This document shows, piece after piece, positions 17,487-25,984 of a stretch of 64,000 nt of DNA. The translations under genes were made by a program, and so were the position numbers. Below the pieces are notes generated by a model. It made no database searches. It worked only from the letters and a program-made list of their open reading frames with translations, and was not told the DNA's origin. The DNA is taken from positions 7,465 through 71,464 of the IMG/VR virus record IMGVR_UViG_3300005683_000038, one strand, 5' to 3'. Position 1 is the stretch's first letter. Every line of letters begins with the position of its first letter. Source of the DNA: a virus. Lineage: Duplodnaviria; Caudoviricetes.

Positions 17487-17801
17487 CTACGCCAGCGGCG
17501 TAGCCTCCACGCCGCGCGCCTGCCGGTCGCGCGTGCGATCCTCCAAGCGCTGCAAGGCCATCTTGCAATACTTGAGCGCGTCGGCGGTTTCTTCGCTGGG
17601 CAACTTCTGGTAGAGGCTATCCAAGTGGTCAATCAGCATGGCGAGAACTTCCTCGTTCGTGGTGCCGTCGTTAACAGTGATGAACTTGACGCTCTCTTCA
17701 TGCTCGCGCTGCTTCTCAATGAATTGAAGAAGCTGGCCGGGCGCGTCCTTGTTCTCATGGTTGGCCAGTTCGTATTTATGTCCGGGGGTCAGTACTTTCA
17801 T
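17487..17801 (-). CDS. Tad1/Acb2-like anti-defence nucleotide-sponge candidate
   Basis: DGTTNEEVLAMLID.L...AL..LEDRT.DRQARGVE resembles the Tad1-family C-terminal hairpin. Confidence 0.65.
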   Translation of the reverse strand: MKVLTPGHKYELANHENKDAPGQLLQFIEKQREHEESVKFITVNDGTTNEEVLAMLIDHLDSLYQKLPSEETADALKYCKMALQRLEDRTRDRQARGVEATPLA

Positions 17802-18241
17802 GGTTGCATTGTGTTGTTTTCACGAAGCTGAAGGAATTGATTTCCCTTCAATCGCTCGTAAAGCGTTTCTCCGGTGGGCGTGATGGCGTAAGGCAGCATC
17901 ACTTGCTCGATTTCGGCGGCGCCAATCTCAATCAGCGCCAGTTGCGCCCGCAGCCAATCGTGAACGCAACGCCACGCAACACGCTTGGCGTGATCGTTGG
18001 ACCTGAAACGAATCGGGCATTCCTTGGTGCGATTCAATACGGTCAACGTTTTTCGCCAGTCGCAGGGCAGCCGGAAGCCAAGCTGATTGTCGCCACGGTC
18101 AATGCGAAACGTGATGGCGCAAACTTCCTTGTCTTCATATTCCTGCATCACAGCTTTGGCGCCGGCGTTGGCTAGCAACTGCAAAATCCATTGCAGACTG
18201 CGGCTGACCGGAACGGTGGTGGTGTAATTGGCGATGGGCAT
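17798..18241 (-). CDS. Conserved phage hypothetical protein
   Basis: IANYTT.V...FRLP...VAWR..HDWL.AQLALIE...MLPY pattern seen in phage early regions. Confidence 0.65.
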   Translation of the reverse strand: MPIANYTTTVPVSRSLQWILQLLANAGAKAVMQEYEDKEVCAITFRIDRGDNQLGFRLPCDWRKTLTVLNRTKECPIRFRSNDHAKRVAWRCVHDWLRAQLALIEIGAAEIEQVMLPYAITPTGETLYERLKGNQFLQLRENNTMQP

Positions 18242-18246
18242 ATTGT

Positions 18247-18441
18247 TTACGGATTTGGTGTTGGTTCGACGGGATAAATCAAGGCCGGCTCTTCGTGGCA
18301 GTGCGGGCAGGTCGCGCTTGGCTTAATTGGTTTTTGCCTGCTGTCCAGCTTGACCGGAAAAATTCCACCGCAACTCATGCAGCAGCCTTCGCCCATGACA
18401 ATGATCTTGTCCGGTCTTTTGGTGGTGATGACCGTCTTCAT
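18247..18441 (-). CDS. Small Zn-ribbon protein
   Basis: CMSCG...CPHC. Confidence 0.55.
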   Translation of the reverse strand: MKTVITTKRPDKIIVMGEGCCMSCGGIFPVKLDSRQKPIKPSATCPHCHEEPALIYPVEPTPNP

Positions 18442-18881
18442 TTCTGGTTGAGGATGAGGGGCAGATGATGCTTGTGGTGGATCGCCTGCAAAGCTGGCAT
18501 GGCCGGCGTGATGAAGCTGGCGGCGCAATCGCAGAGGTCAACAAACTGGGTGTGGTCGAAGACAAACAGGTACGAGGATGAGTCGCCCGCCACGCCGCTG
18601 CGCTCCAGCCGCAAACGATTGATCGCCATTGCCAGTTCCAAGGCTTCATGCAACAGCACTTCAACGACGCTGGGCCAGTGCGGTCGCTGGATGCCCACTT
18701 TTATGCGAGGCGCTGATTGATTGTCGGGGTTGGTGTAGAAGCAGCCGCCGGAATCATTCGTCAGCGCGTACAGGTCAACGGAGATGAAGCCGAGCGGAAA
18801 GGCGCCCACGTAAATTTGCGTGATGGGCAGCCGGCTTTTTTTGTGGCGGCGGATTTTCATACCGGTCGTTTGCTGGTCCAT
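18438..18881 (-). CDS. Possible zincin-like metalloprotein
   Basis: EVLLHEALE (HExxE-like). Confidence 0.5.
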   Translation of the reverse strand: MDQQTTGMKIRRHKKSRLPITQIYVGAFPLGFISVDLYALTNDSGGCFYTNPDNQSAPRIKVGIQRPHWPSVVEVLLHEALELAMAINRLRLERSGVAGDSSSYLFVFDHTQFVDLCDCAASFITPAMPALQAIHHKHHLPLILNQK

Positions 18882-19267
18882 TTGAACGGCAGCCGGCCAA
18901 CGATCCAGAGATGGCGCATGTTGGCGACATTCACGATGTCAAAGTCAGAGGGGAAAATCTCAACGGCATCGTTGCTGCCCCATCCGCATTCGCGTTTGAG
19001 CCGTTGCAGCGTGTCCCAATCGAAGCCCTCTTTCCATCCGCCGTTCTTGTCCAGTTCGGTGCGGCAAAAGGACAGGCGCACCGTGCCGTCGTTGTTGTGA
19101 AATTCCTGACAGAGAAATTCCCGGGAACGCCAGACGAAATCCGGACATATGGTTGCTGCCTCCATCGCCGGCCACTGATCGCGCGGAACTTCAACCAGAC
19201 GGGCGGGCCATTTCTTGTTTTCTTCGTAAAGAAAACGGCGGAGGATTCGCAGTTCTTTGGAGGTCAT
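18857..19267 (-). CDS. Conserved phage protein (WD.LQRLK...NVANMRHLW family)
   Basis: Characteristic C-terminal motif. Confidence 0.65.
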   Translation of the reverse strand: MTSKELRILRRFLYEENKKWPARLVEVPRDQWPAMEAATICPDFVWRSREFLCQEFHNNDGTVRLSFCRTELDKNGGWKEGFDWDTLQRLKRECGWGSNDAVEIFPSDFDIVNVANMRHLWIVGRLPFKWTSKRPV

Positions 19268-19902
19268 GTCATTTTGCTAAGAATCAGTTGTTGATATGTA
19301 ATCCCTTTAATGCGTCTTCTTGCGTTATCAAACCAGACACGGCTAACTCCAACTGTTTCACACCACTGAGATACAGTCATTTTCTTCCCTCCTATCTCTA
19401 TGATTCGGTTGGTTCGCCTATTGTTTGCTTGTTCTTTTGATGTGGCCCACGAACAATTAGCTTTGCTGTAACCTTTGAGATTGTTTTTCCTGTTTAACGT
19501 CCTCCCGTTTGGACGATTTCCCATATCTTCAAGAAAATTCTCAAATCTGATCCATCTCTTGCAGACTTTTATTCCGGCGCCTCCATACCTTTTGTAGTCT
19601 GGATTTTTGGGATTTTCACATCGCGAAACCATGCTTGACCAACTTCGGTATGTCGGAGTTATCCGTGATCCAAATATGGAATTGTTTTGAAGCCTTGTGT
19701 GCCCGTGTGACGTATGATCGTCCCGGCTTTTACATCCGCAGCTTTTTGATGCTCCGCAATTCAGTTGGTCTGTTCTTACAATCCCAAACGCTCCACAGTC
19801 GCATCTGCATCTCCAAAGCACGCTTCCGCTTTTTGATTTTCTCCCGCTGTTTTTAATTACCACCCAACGATCAAACCGCAACCCGGTTAAGTCTCTTTTC
19901 AT
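19264..19902 (-). CDS. HNH homing-endonuclease-like protein
   Basis: DLTG.RF, WRCRCDCG, SCGC, RYGGAGIKVC, NCSWAT..EQANNRR; AT-richer than neighbours. Confidence 0.85.
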   Translation of the reverse strand: MKRDLTGLRFDRWVVIKNSGRKSKSGSVLWRCRCDCGAFGIVRTDQLNCGASKSCGCKSRDDHTSHGHTRLQNNSIFGSRITPTYRSWSSMVSRCENPKNPDYKRYGGAGIKVCKRWIRFENFLEDMGNRPNGRTLNRKNNLKGYSKANCSWATSKEQANNRRTNRIIEIGGKKMTVSQWCETVGVSRVWFDNARRRIKGITYQQLILSKMT

Positions 19903-20387
19903 GCTTTGTAGATTTTTGCTTGTGAAACATCAATAAACGCATTTTCTCGTCTTGCTAAACCACCATTACAGGTTGCAGCCGTTTCTGTCGCTAAAATTTT
20001 ATATCGGCACACAATCAACCCGGTTTTGTCGGTCAGCCGCACAGCCAGCACGCAAGCGCTCGGCTTCAAGTACACAAATCCGAATGCGGGAATTCGCATC
20101 AGTCGGGATAGCGCATGGATGTCGAGAAGCTTCTGGTGGGTCAGCAGCCACTTGCCGCCGAACTTTTGCATCATGTCCTCTAGCGTGTTGTCTCGGCTTT
20201 TGATTTCCGCCAGCGCGTGCGCGCAATTGTCCTTGATGATAAAGCCGTCCACGGCGGCAGCGTCATCGGTGGGGGTGTGGACAAACCAAATGTTGGTCGA
20301 GTGACGAAACACAATCTCCACAGCCTCCAATTGATCCTGTGCGGCGATGCGGCCTCGCGGAGTAAGAATGTCGATGGCGCCGTTCAT
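19899..20387 (-). CDS. PD-(D/E)XK nuclease-like protein
   Basis: AVDGFI...AEIKSR; start set at the ATGA overlap. Confidence 0.55.
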   Translation of the reverse strand: MNGAIDILTPRGRIAAQDQLEAVEIVFRHSTNIWFVHTPTDDAAAVDGFIIKDNCAHALAEIKSRDNTLEDMMQKFGGKWLLTHQKLLDIHALSRLMRIPAFGFVYLKPSACVLAVRLTDKTGLIVCRYKILATETAATCNGGLARRENAFIDVSQAKIYKA

Positions 20388-20551
20388 TTGCCCCGTTTCT
20401 CCAGCCACGCAACCGCTCGCTTACAATCAACTTCGCAAACGTCGGAGATGGTGACGCAGTTATCGCTGATGACGGCGTGTTCTTGCAGCAGGTTCATGGT
20501 TTCGTCGGCGTCCATGTCATTTTGCAAAACGTAAAGCAGGAGGCTGTTCAT
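20384..20551 (-). CDS. 55-aa hypothetical protein (below ORF-track cutoff)
   Basis: Manual translation MNSLLLYVLQNDMDADETMNLLQEHAVISDNCV...; ATGA coupling. Confidence 0.55.
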   Translation of the reverse strand: MNSLLLYVLQNDMDADETMNLLQEHAVISDNCVTISDVCEVDCKRAVAWLEKRGK

Positions 20552-20557
20552 GGCGGA

Positions 20558-21577
20558 TTAGAGAATCACTGCGCCGAATTGCGCGTTGCGCTGCCACCAT
20601 TCACGCGTCTCCTTGGTGACGTATTGAAGAAAGCGGAACTTGTCAGCGCCGTAGTATTTCCACTGCGCCTCAAAAGTTGCTCGCGCGTATTCCTCCCAAG
20701 CCGACTTGTCGTGTGACACCAGATTCAACTGCGCCGCCTCCCAATGAAATCCGGCGGCACCCAAAGCCTTTTCGGTGCGCTTGAATGAGTCGCCGCGCAC
20801 ATTGATGACTTCAGCCCAACAGTGTTCAAGCCTCTCGGGCCGCAGCGCATTTGCCATGTCGCGCGCAAACTTTTCATAGTCGCGCTGGGGCAGGCTTGGG
20901 CAGATCATGCCGAACGTTCTGAATCCGTTGTCCTGCAACCAATGTATGGATTCAATGCGCTTCGATACCTTTGGCGTGCCTTGCTCGAACGCAGCGGCAA
21001 GGTTGTCGTCGAGTGTGCCGGTGCTGACTCCGTAGATAACTCTTGAGCGAGTGCCATGATACGCATAGTCGCTTGTGAAGCTTTTGCCTGCGTCAACTTC
21101 ATCCGCCAACGCTTGCGCTACCTTTGGAAGCAGATTGCTTTTGCTCAACAACCGGATGTCCCAATTCGTGAGTTCCAAAATCACCTTGCAGATTTCCACC
21201 GTCTCGCGAACCAAGTCCATGTTTGCCGCCACGTCAACCAGCGGTGAGGCGTAGATGACTTGCTTGCTCTGGCGAAACGCTTCCGGCTTGGACAGGATTT
21301 GCTTGCGGGAAATGTCCGCAGCGTTCTCCCGGCGAACAACGTGGCTCATATGCTTTCCAGTGACGCCATGATTCTTCAGCCAGTCCTGCTGTTTTTGCAT
21401 CATGGAATCAACATAGCAAAAACTGCACGAATACGCGCACGCGCTGCCAGCCGAGAATGTCATGCCGTCGCAAAGCAGCTTCTTGCTAAAGAGCGATTTG
21501 AAGTTGATGACGGTTTTGGCGGGAACGGTGAAGACTGGCTTGCCGGCCATTGTTTTTCTTTCAGATGTATTTTCCAT
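20558..21577 (-). CDS. Radical SAM protein, spore-photoproduct-lyase-like
   Basis: CAYSCSFCY (CxxxCxxC); LLSKS; GVSTGTLD. Confidence 0.85.
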   Translation of the reverse strand: MENTSERKTMAGKPVFTVPAKTVINFKSLFSKKLLCDGMTFSAGSACAYSCSFCYVDSMMQKQQDWLKNHGVTGKHMSHVVRRENAADISRKQILSKPEAFRQSKQVIYASPLVDVAANMDLVRETVEICKVILELTNWDIRLLSKSNLLPKVAQALADEVDAGKSFTSDYAYHGTRSRVIYGVSTGTLDDNLAAAFEQGTPKVSKRIESIHWLQDNGFRTFGMICPSLPQRDYEKFARDMANALRPERLEHCWAEVINVRGDSFKRTEKALGAAGFHWEAAQLNLVSHDKSAWEEYARATFEAQWKYYGADKFRFLQYVTKETREWWQRNAQFGAVIL

Positions 21578-21893
21578 GCCAATCTCTCTTTCTGGTTTTT
21601 ACGTGCAATGCCGCGTGTGTTGAATTTGTTTCAATTTGGATGTTTTTCATCCTGTTGTCCGATCTTACCCCATTTAAGTGATGTATGTGTTCGCTTGTAA
21701 GTAGTGGCCGTCTGATTTTTCTATCGGCAACTATTCTGTGCTCCGCTGCGTAGCCGCGCTTATCTGCGAGTGGATTGTCTGTGCCTACAAAAATGTAGAT
21801 GTATCCGTTGTGGCTTTTGCGTCTTCCGCCTTTCCAGTTCGGATTATTTTTACCAGACCTTGCCCCGTTCCATTTATGGTAATTCTTTGACAT
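21561..21893 (-). CDS. HNH endonuclease (phage HNH_3 type)
   Basis: NPNWKGG, GYIY, EHRIVA, IHHLNGVRSDNR.KN. Confidence 0.85.
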   Translation of the reverse strand: MSKNYHKWNGARSGKNNPNWKGGRRKSHNGYIYIFVGTDNPLADKRGYAAEHRIVADRKIRRPLLTSEHIHHLNGVRSDNRMKNIQIETNSTHAALHVKTRKRDWHGKYI

Positions 21894-21911
21894 GGCTGCA
21901 CATTTTGAAGC

Positions 21912-22002
21912 GTCTCCGTCCGCGTGTGCAGCGTTCGCTCGAAAGCGAGGCAACCCCACTGAAGGAGTTCGCGGACGGAGACAGATTGAATTTACGCTGC
22001 AC
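21912..22002 (-). ncRNA. Candidate pseudoknotted RNA leader of the HNH cassette
   Basis: Crossing perfect helices GTGCAGCGT/ACGCTGCAC (9 bp) and GTCTCCGTCCGCG/CGCGGACGGAGAC (13 bp), with two nested hairpins, one capped by UUCG. Confidence 0.55.
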
Positions 22003-22032
22003 GCAAACATGTTTTCATGTTGTTGCAAAAAG

Positions 22033-22062
22033 TCAACCGTTCATGGTGGTTCGTTCGCTCAT
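22033..22062 (-). pseudogene. 9-codon remnant (MSERTTMNG*) of the original radical SAM 5' end
   Basis: ATGA-coupled to the RusA-like stop; matches SERKTMAG at the current radical SAM N-terminus. Confidence 0.6.
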
Positions 22063-22523
22063 AACGGTATCGTGATTACGGCTCTTGGGTTGGCTTTGTC
22101 GTATGCCTTGGTGCTGGTGTTGATCCAAAGAAAAGTATCGTCAACCACAACGCCCGCGCGCTCCAAGATGTGAAAGATGGAGTCCAGCACGGCGGGCATG
22201 TCGCGGCGGCGCGCGTCGCCGGCAACGTAAGCTAGCGAAGCGTTCACAGGAACGGCGATGGCGGAAAAATCCGCCGGCAATTGCGCTCGCACTTCAGCAA
22301 CCTTCTCGTCGCGCCAACTAGCCCACTCAGCTTTGGGAATGTGCTTCCCTTGGCGCGTGACAATGTAGTTGTTTTTGCCGCCGCGAATCTGGCCGGTGAT
22401 GACAATGGTTAACTCGTGGGATCGTGGTGTCGTGGCGACAACTGGAGGAAGCTTGGGAATTGCCGTCTTGGTTTTGTTGACCCGTTTTTGCATGGTCACG
22501 AATTGTTCGATGGAGATTCCCAT
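22059..22523 (-). CDS. rusA: RusA-like Holliday junction resolvase
   Basis: GGKNN, RRDMPAVLDSIFHIL..AGVVVDD, NPRAVITI. Confidence 0.7.
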   Translation of the reverse strand: MGISIEQFVTMQKRVNKTKTAIPKLPPVVATTPRSHELTIVITGQIRGGKNNYIVTRQGKHIPKAEWASWRDEKVAEVRAQLPADFSAIAVPVNASLAYVAGDARRRDMPAVLDSIFHILERAGVVVDDTFLWINTSTKAYDKANPRAVITIPL

Positions 22524-22524
22524 A

Positions 22525-23136
22525 TCAATCAAAGGAGATGATCCGGCCATTGCCGGTCGGTGGGTTTGGTTGCGGAGAGGTCTCTTGCGTTGGCGCCGTT
22601 GCGGTCACTTCCGGCATAGACGACTCTAATACTTCAGCAATTTTCGCGTAGCGCACAACGTCATCAATGCGACCGTCTTCTTCGGCAAGTTGCATTTTTC
22701 TTTTTGCCGCCGCGATGTCCTGTCGCAATTGGTACTCGTGAAGCGTCTTGTACATGGCCTGAGCCTTTTGAAATTGAGTTGCCCAAGGCTCTTCAAGCGT
22801 CGCTGCCGTCATTGAAGTTTTCTTTGCATTGGATGCGGCCAGTTCCTTTTTGCGAAATGGCGGCTCCATCAATTCTTGCGCGGTCTTCAAAAAGAACCGT
22901 TTGTTTGGGTGGCTGATTTGCCGGCGATAGCGATAGATCAAGCGCCAGAGATACAGCGATTGCTTGTCAGTTATCTGCGGCGGCTGCGGGCCGTCGAGCT
23001 TGACGAACATTGTGCTCGCCATGCGCTTGTCGTAGGAAGCGAAAGGGAAGGTGACGGAGCGCAATAGCTTGGCTGCTTCAATCTCCATTGGCGTCATCTC
23101 GCGCCAAGCTGGTTTCAATGGCTTCAAATCACTCAT
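22525..23136 (-). CDS. Hypothetical protein
   Basis: 203-aa ORF in operon. Confidence 0.6.
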   Translation of the reverse strand: MSDLKPLKPAWREMTPMEIEAAKLLRSVTFPFASYDKRMASTMFVKLDGPQPPQITDKQSLYLWRLIYRYRRQISHPNKRFFLKTAQELMEPPFRKKELAASNAKKTSMTAATLEEPWATQFQKAQAMYKTLHEYQLRQDIAAAKRKMQLAEEDGRIDDVVRYAKIAEVLESSMPEVTATAPTQETSPQPNPPTGNGRIISFD

Positions 23137-23154
23137 GGCCTTTTCCTCTGCGCT

Positions 23155-23451
23155 TCAAAACGGAACATCATCGGCTTCCGGAGGTGAATCGTCTGGCTTG
23201 CATGGCTCTGCCTTTGGGGTCGGCTTGGAGCTTTTTGTCCGATCCAAAAACTTGGCGTTACCAATGATTGGCATTTCCAGCTTACGCTCGCGCTCTTCCT
23301 TCGTGCATTGCTGTTTGATGATGTAGTCGCCGTATTGCGAGTTCGGTGTTGGTATCAAAACAATGTCGATGTATTTGCCGTTCTTGCCTTCGAACAGGCG
23401 GGCTTTCTCAACTTTGCTGACGTTGATTTTTGCGGTCATCATTTCGCTCAT
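23155..23451 (-). CDS. Putative non-canonical single-stranded DNA-binding protein
   Basis: INVSK..K.RLFEGKNGKYID...PIIGNAK; acidic C-terminal DDVPF tail. Confidence 0.6.
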   Translation of the reverse strand: MSEMMTAKINVSKVEKARLFEGKNGKYIDIVLIPTPNSQYGDYIIKQQCTKEERERKLEMPIIGNAKFLDRTKSSKPTPKAEPCKPDDSPPEADDVPF

Positions 23452-23462
23452 AGTGATGTCTT

Positions 23463-25229
23463 TCAGTCTTCGGGTGGTGGCTCTAACTCAGGCTGGGCGG
23501 GGGTTTGTGGAACGTCTGCTTCAGTAATTTGAGAACGTTCGGTGATAATCATTCTGCCGCCATCAAAGTTACACTCTACCTCAGTGCCGCTTCCGCCTTT
23601 GGTGGCTTTCAAAACTTTCAGGTGCATCAAAGAGTAATCCTCGGAATCACGCCACGCCCCAATGACAACGCCGGCTGAGTTTTCAAGCGCTCCAGAGTCT
23701 TTTGCGGAATGCAGTGACAGTTTTTCCGGCTGTCTATTGCCGCCGCGAGCATCAGCTTTTGGGCGGGCTACCTGAGAAGCAACGACAATGATCGTTTTGG
23801 TTGCTTTGGCCAACACCTTCAATCCCTCGGCAATATCGGAAGTTCGCTCGTATCGGCTGGTGGATTTTCCGCGCATCAATTGCACATAATCAATCAGCAC
23901 CAGTTGTGGCTTGGCGCCCATTTTTAGCTCGGCCTTTACGATAAGCTGTTCCATTCGGTCAATGGTCAGGCCGGACTCAGGGCAGATAAGCAGCTTCTCA
24001 AACAAGCGATTCAATGCGGTGGCGCCTAAAAATGTTCCGGCACGATAATCCGATTCTACGTCAGTGGCGCTGGCGTTGACTTCGTTTCGGCTGGCAACAA
24101 ATCGCTCGAACAGCAATTCCTCCGGAAGCTCCATCTCGAACACGATTGTCCACAGATTGCGGGCGCTGTTGGCTATGTTCTGAAGCAGCGCAGTTTTCCC
24201 GGCGCCGGTATCTCCTATCAACAGCGCAACCTCTCCGGGAATCAGCGGACGCACGCGCCGGCCAAGAGTGGGGAGCCAGTTGGAAAAGTTGAGAGCAACA
24301 TCAGATTGCCTCTGCGCTTGCAGCGCGTACTTAGGCTCAATGTCCGCCATTGTGTAGAGTGGAAGCTTCACACCGTCAACGAACGGAACCGAAGCTAGCA
24401 GCAACTCGTTGATGGACGATCTGGCCAAGTCGGGAGTGGCAAATGTGGCGATGTAGTCGGATATGTCTTTCGATGGTGGTGGGACTTTTACAATGCGGAC
24501 GGTTTTTGCCTTTCCAGCAATGGAATCGAATATCAACTGAACATGATCCTGACCCGGCTTGTCGTTGTCGCCACACAGAACGACATCCTTTCCGGCGAGT
24601 GATTCGGTGTAACCATCCAACCACTTTCCCGCGCCGCCGACATTGCAGGTTGCCTGAAACCCAAGCTCGGAAAGATTGTCAGCGTCCTTCTCCCCTTCAA
24701 CAATCCAGACGCGTTGCTCCTTTGTTATTGCTGGAAGCCGGTAAAGCACTCGCTCTACTCCAGTCATGTTCCAAATCCATTTCGTTCCGTCATAGCGGCG
24801 CTGGCGAAATGATTTTGGTTTCAGCCGGATCGCTTGGTAAAGCTCCCGGCCAATTGGGTCTTGGTAGGAGTAAATCTTCTCAATCTCGGATGGCTGTGTG
24901 TCCTTCTGTTTGGCATCCCCCAATTCCGCAAATGGATCGTTGTCCTCTTGTTCTTGTGATTTCTTGACAGGTTTCGCTGGCCTTGGCGGCGGCGGCGTCC
25001 AGCGTTGCGCCTTTTCCGAGAACAGGTCTTTTGGCTCCAACCCAAGCGCTCCAACAATTTCCTCAAATCGGCATCCCGCAAAGCATTTCACCAGAATCTT
25101 GCCATCAGCTGTTTGAGTTACGGACATGGACGCGGTTTTGTCCTTGTGCGCGGGGCACTTTACCATGAAGCCGCTCGCCGTCTTCTTGATCGGCTCTTCA
25201 AATCTCAGAATGAAGGCGTCAATGGTCAT
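23463..25229 (-). CDS. Primase-helicase fusion (CHC2 Zn finger + TOPRIM + DnaB-like helicase)
   Basis: CPAH..CFAGC; VEGEKDAD; GDNDKPG; GDTGAGKT; LIDYVQLM. Confidence 0.9.
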   Translation of the reverse strand: MTIDAFILRFEEPIKKTASGFMVKCPAHKDKTASMSVTQTADGKILVKCFAGCRFEEIVGALGLEPKDLFSEKAQRWTPPPPRPAKPVKKSQEQEDNDPFAELGDAKQKDTQPSEIEKIYSYQDPIGRELYQAIRLKPKSFRQRRYDGTKWIWNMTGVERVLYRLPAITKEQRVWIVEGEKDADNLSELGFQATCNVGGAGKWLDGYTESLAGKDVVLCGDNDKPGQDHVQLIFDSIAGKAKTVRIVKVPPPSKDISDYIATFATPDLARSSINELLLASVPFVDGVKLPLYTMADIEPKYALQAQRQSDVALNFSNWLPTLGRRVRPLIPGEVALLIGDTGAGKTALLQNIANSARNLWTIVFEMELPEELLFERFVASRNEVNASATDVESDYRAGTFLGATALNRLFEKLLICPESGLTIDRMEQLIVKAELKMGAKPQLVLIDYVQLMRGKSTSRYERTSDIAEGLKVLAKATKTIIVVASQVARPKADARGGNRQPEKLSLHSAKDSGALENSAGVVIGAWRDSEDYSLMHLKVLKATKGGSGTEVECNFDGGRMIITERSQITEADVPQTPAQPELEPPPED

Positions 25230-25981
25230 GGCGCGAAGTCTAATGTTTTGGATTTAACCGGAGCCGGCCCGCGAAATGACTTTGGCCCCGCCGGCCTCCC
25301 GTCAGACTCCCACTTCGCCTTAACTCTTGCCATGACAGCGCGCCAGTCTCGGATCGGCCTATGGTTGAAATCAATCCAACCGCATCCTTGCATCTCGTTG
25401 AACCAGTCCGCAGCCTTCCAATCCGGAAGCCCTGTCATTCTTGCAGATTCTATTACCTCAGAAAGCGATGGATAGTTAACTTCAGGAAAGTGAGGCTCTG
25501 GTTTTTTAGGCAATTGCGCTGTACTCTCTCCTGCTAGTACTGAAGGTGAAGGTGAAGGTGAAGAGCGACCGTTCTGCGATACGCTCTGCGACTCGCTAAG
25601 CGATACGCTCTGCGACTCGCTAAGCGATTTTTTAGACCACCGCTTTTCATTGGTCTTAGTAGCTCCTAAACTCTTTGCTTTCTTGTTGTTACGAGCTTTT
25701 TCTAGTTCAATTTCTATGCGTTTGTGAATCCAAAGCTCTGGGTTTGACTTTCTGACGATAAAGAATTTCTCGATCACAGACCGTATCGCTGACCAGTCGC
25801 TTAGCGATAATTTGGTCACGTTGGCCAAGTATTTGTTGTCGTTTTGTATTGGCCCTCCGTTCATCCAATACGCATCCATCAACAGGTTGTAAGCTCCATG
25901 CTCCAAGCATGATAGGTGCATTGTATCACCGTGATAATCACCCACGTACTTGGGATACCAGATGTCGGCTTTTTCACCCAT
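25226..25981 (-). CDS. DUF1376/YdaU-family replication initiator
   Basis: WYPKYVGDY.GDT.HLS..EHGAY.LLMDAYW; SPSPSP linker. Confidence 0.85.
   Translation of the reverse strand: MGEKADIWYPKYVGDYHGDTMHLSCLEHGAYNLLMDAYWMNGGPIQNDNKYLANVTKLSLSDWSAIRSVIEKFFIVRKSNPELWIHKRIEIELEKARNNKKAKSLGATKTNEKRWSKKSLSESQSVSLSESQSVSQNGRSSPSPSPSVLAGESTAQLPKKPEPHFPEVNYPSLSEVIESARMTGLPDWKAADWFNEMQGCGWIDFNHRPIRDWRAVMARVKAKWESDGRPAGPKSFRGPAPVKSKTLDFAP
25576..25628. repeat. Iteron-like 24-bp direct repeat (2 copies + 5 bp) inside the initiator gene
   Basis: GCGATACGCTCTGCGACTCGCTAA x2 exact, next to an AT-rich stretch. Confidence 0.65.
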
Positions 25982-25984
25982 AGC

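Noticed and set aside
21561-22062. Group I intron interpretation of the HNH cassette
   Set aside because: Only ~140 nt of non-coding sequence, all 5' of the ORF; no room for P7-P9 and no terminal G giving an in-frame splice; the downstream gene has its own start.
22033-22062. T4 gene 60-style ribosomal bypass from GGT-stop to the downstream GGC
   Set aside because: The gap is ~480 nt, the codons do not match exactly, and a new ATG makes bypass unnecessary.
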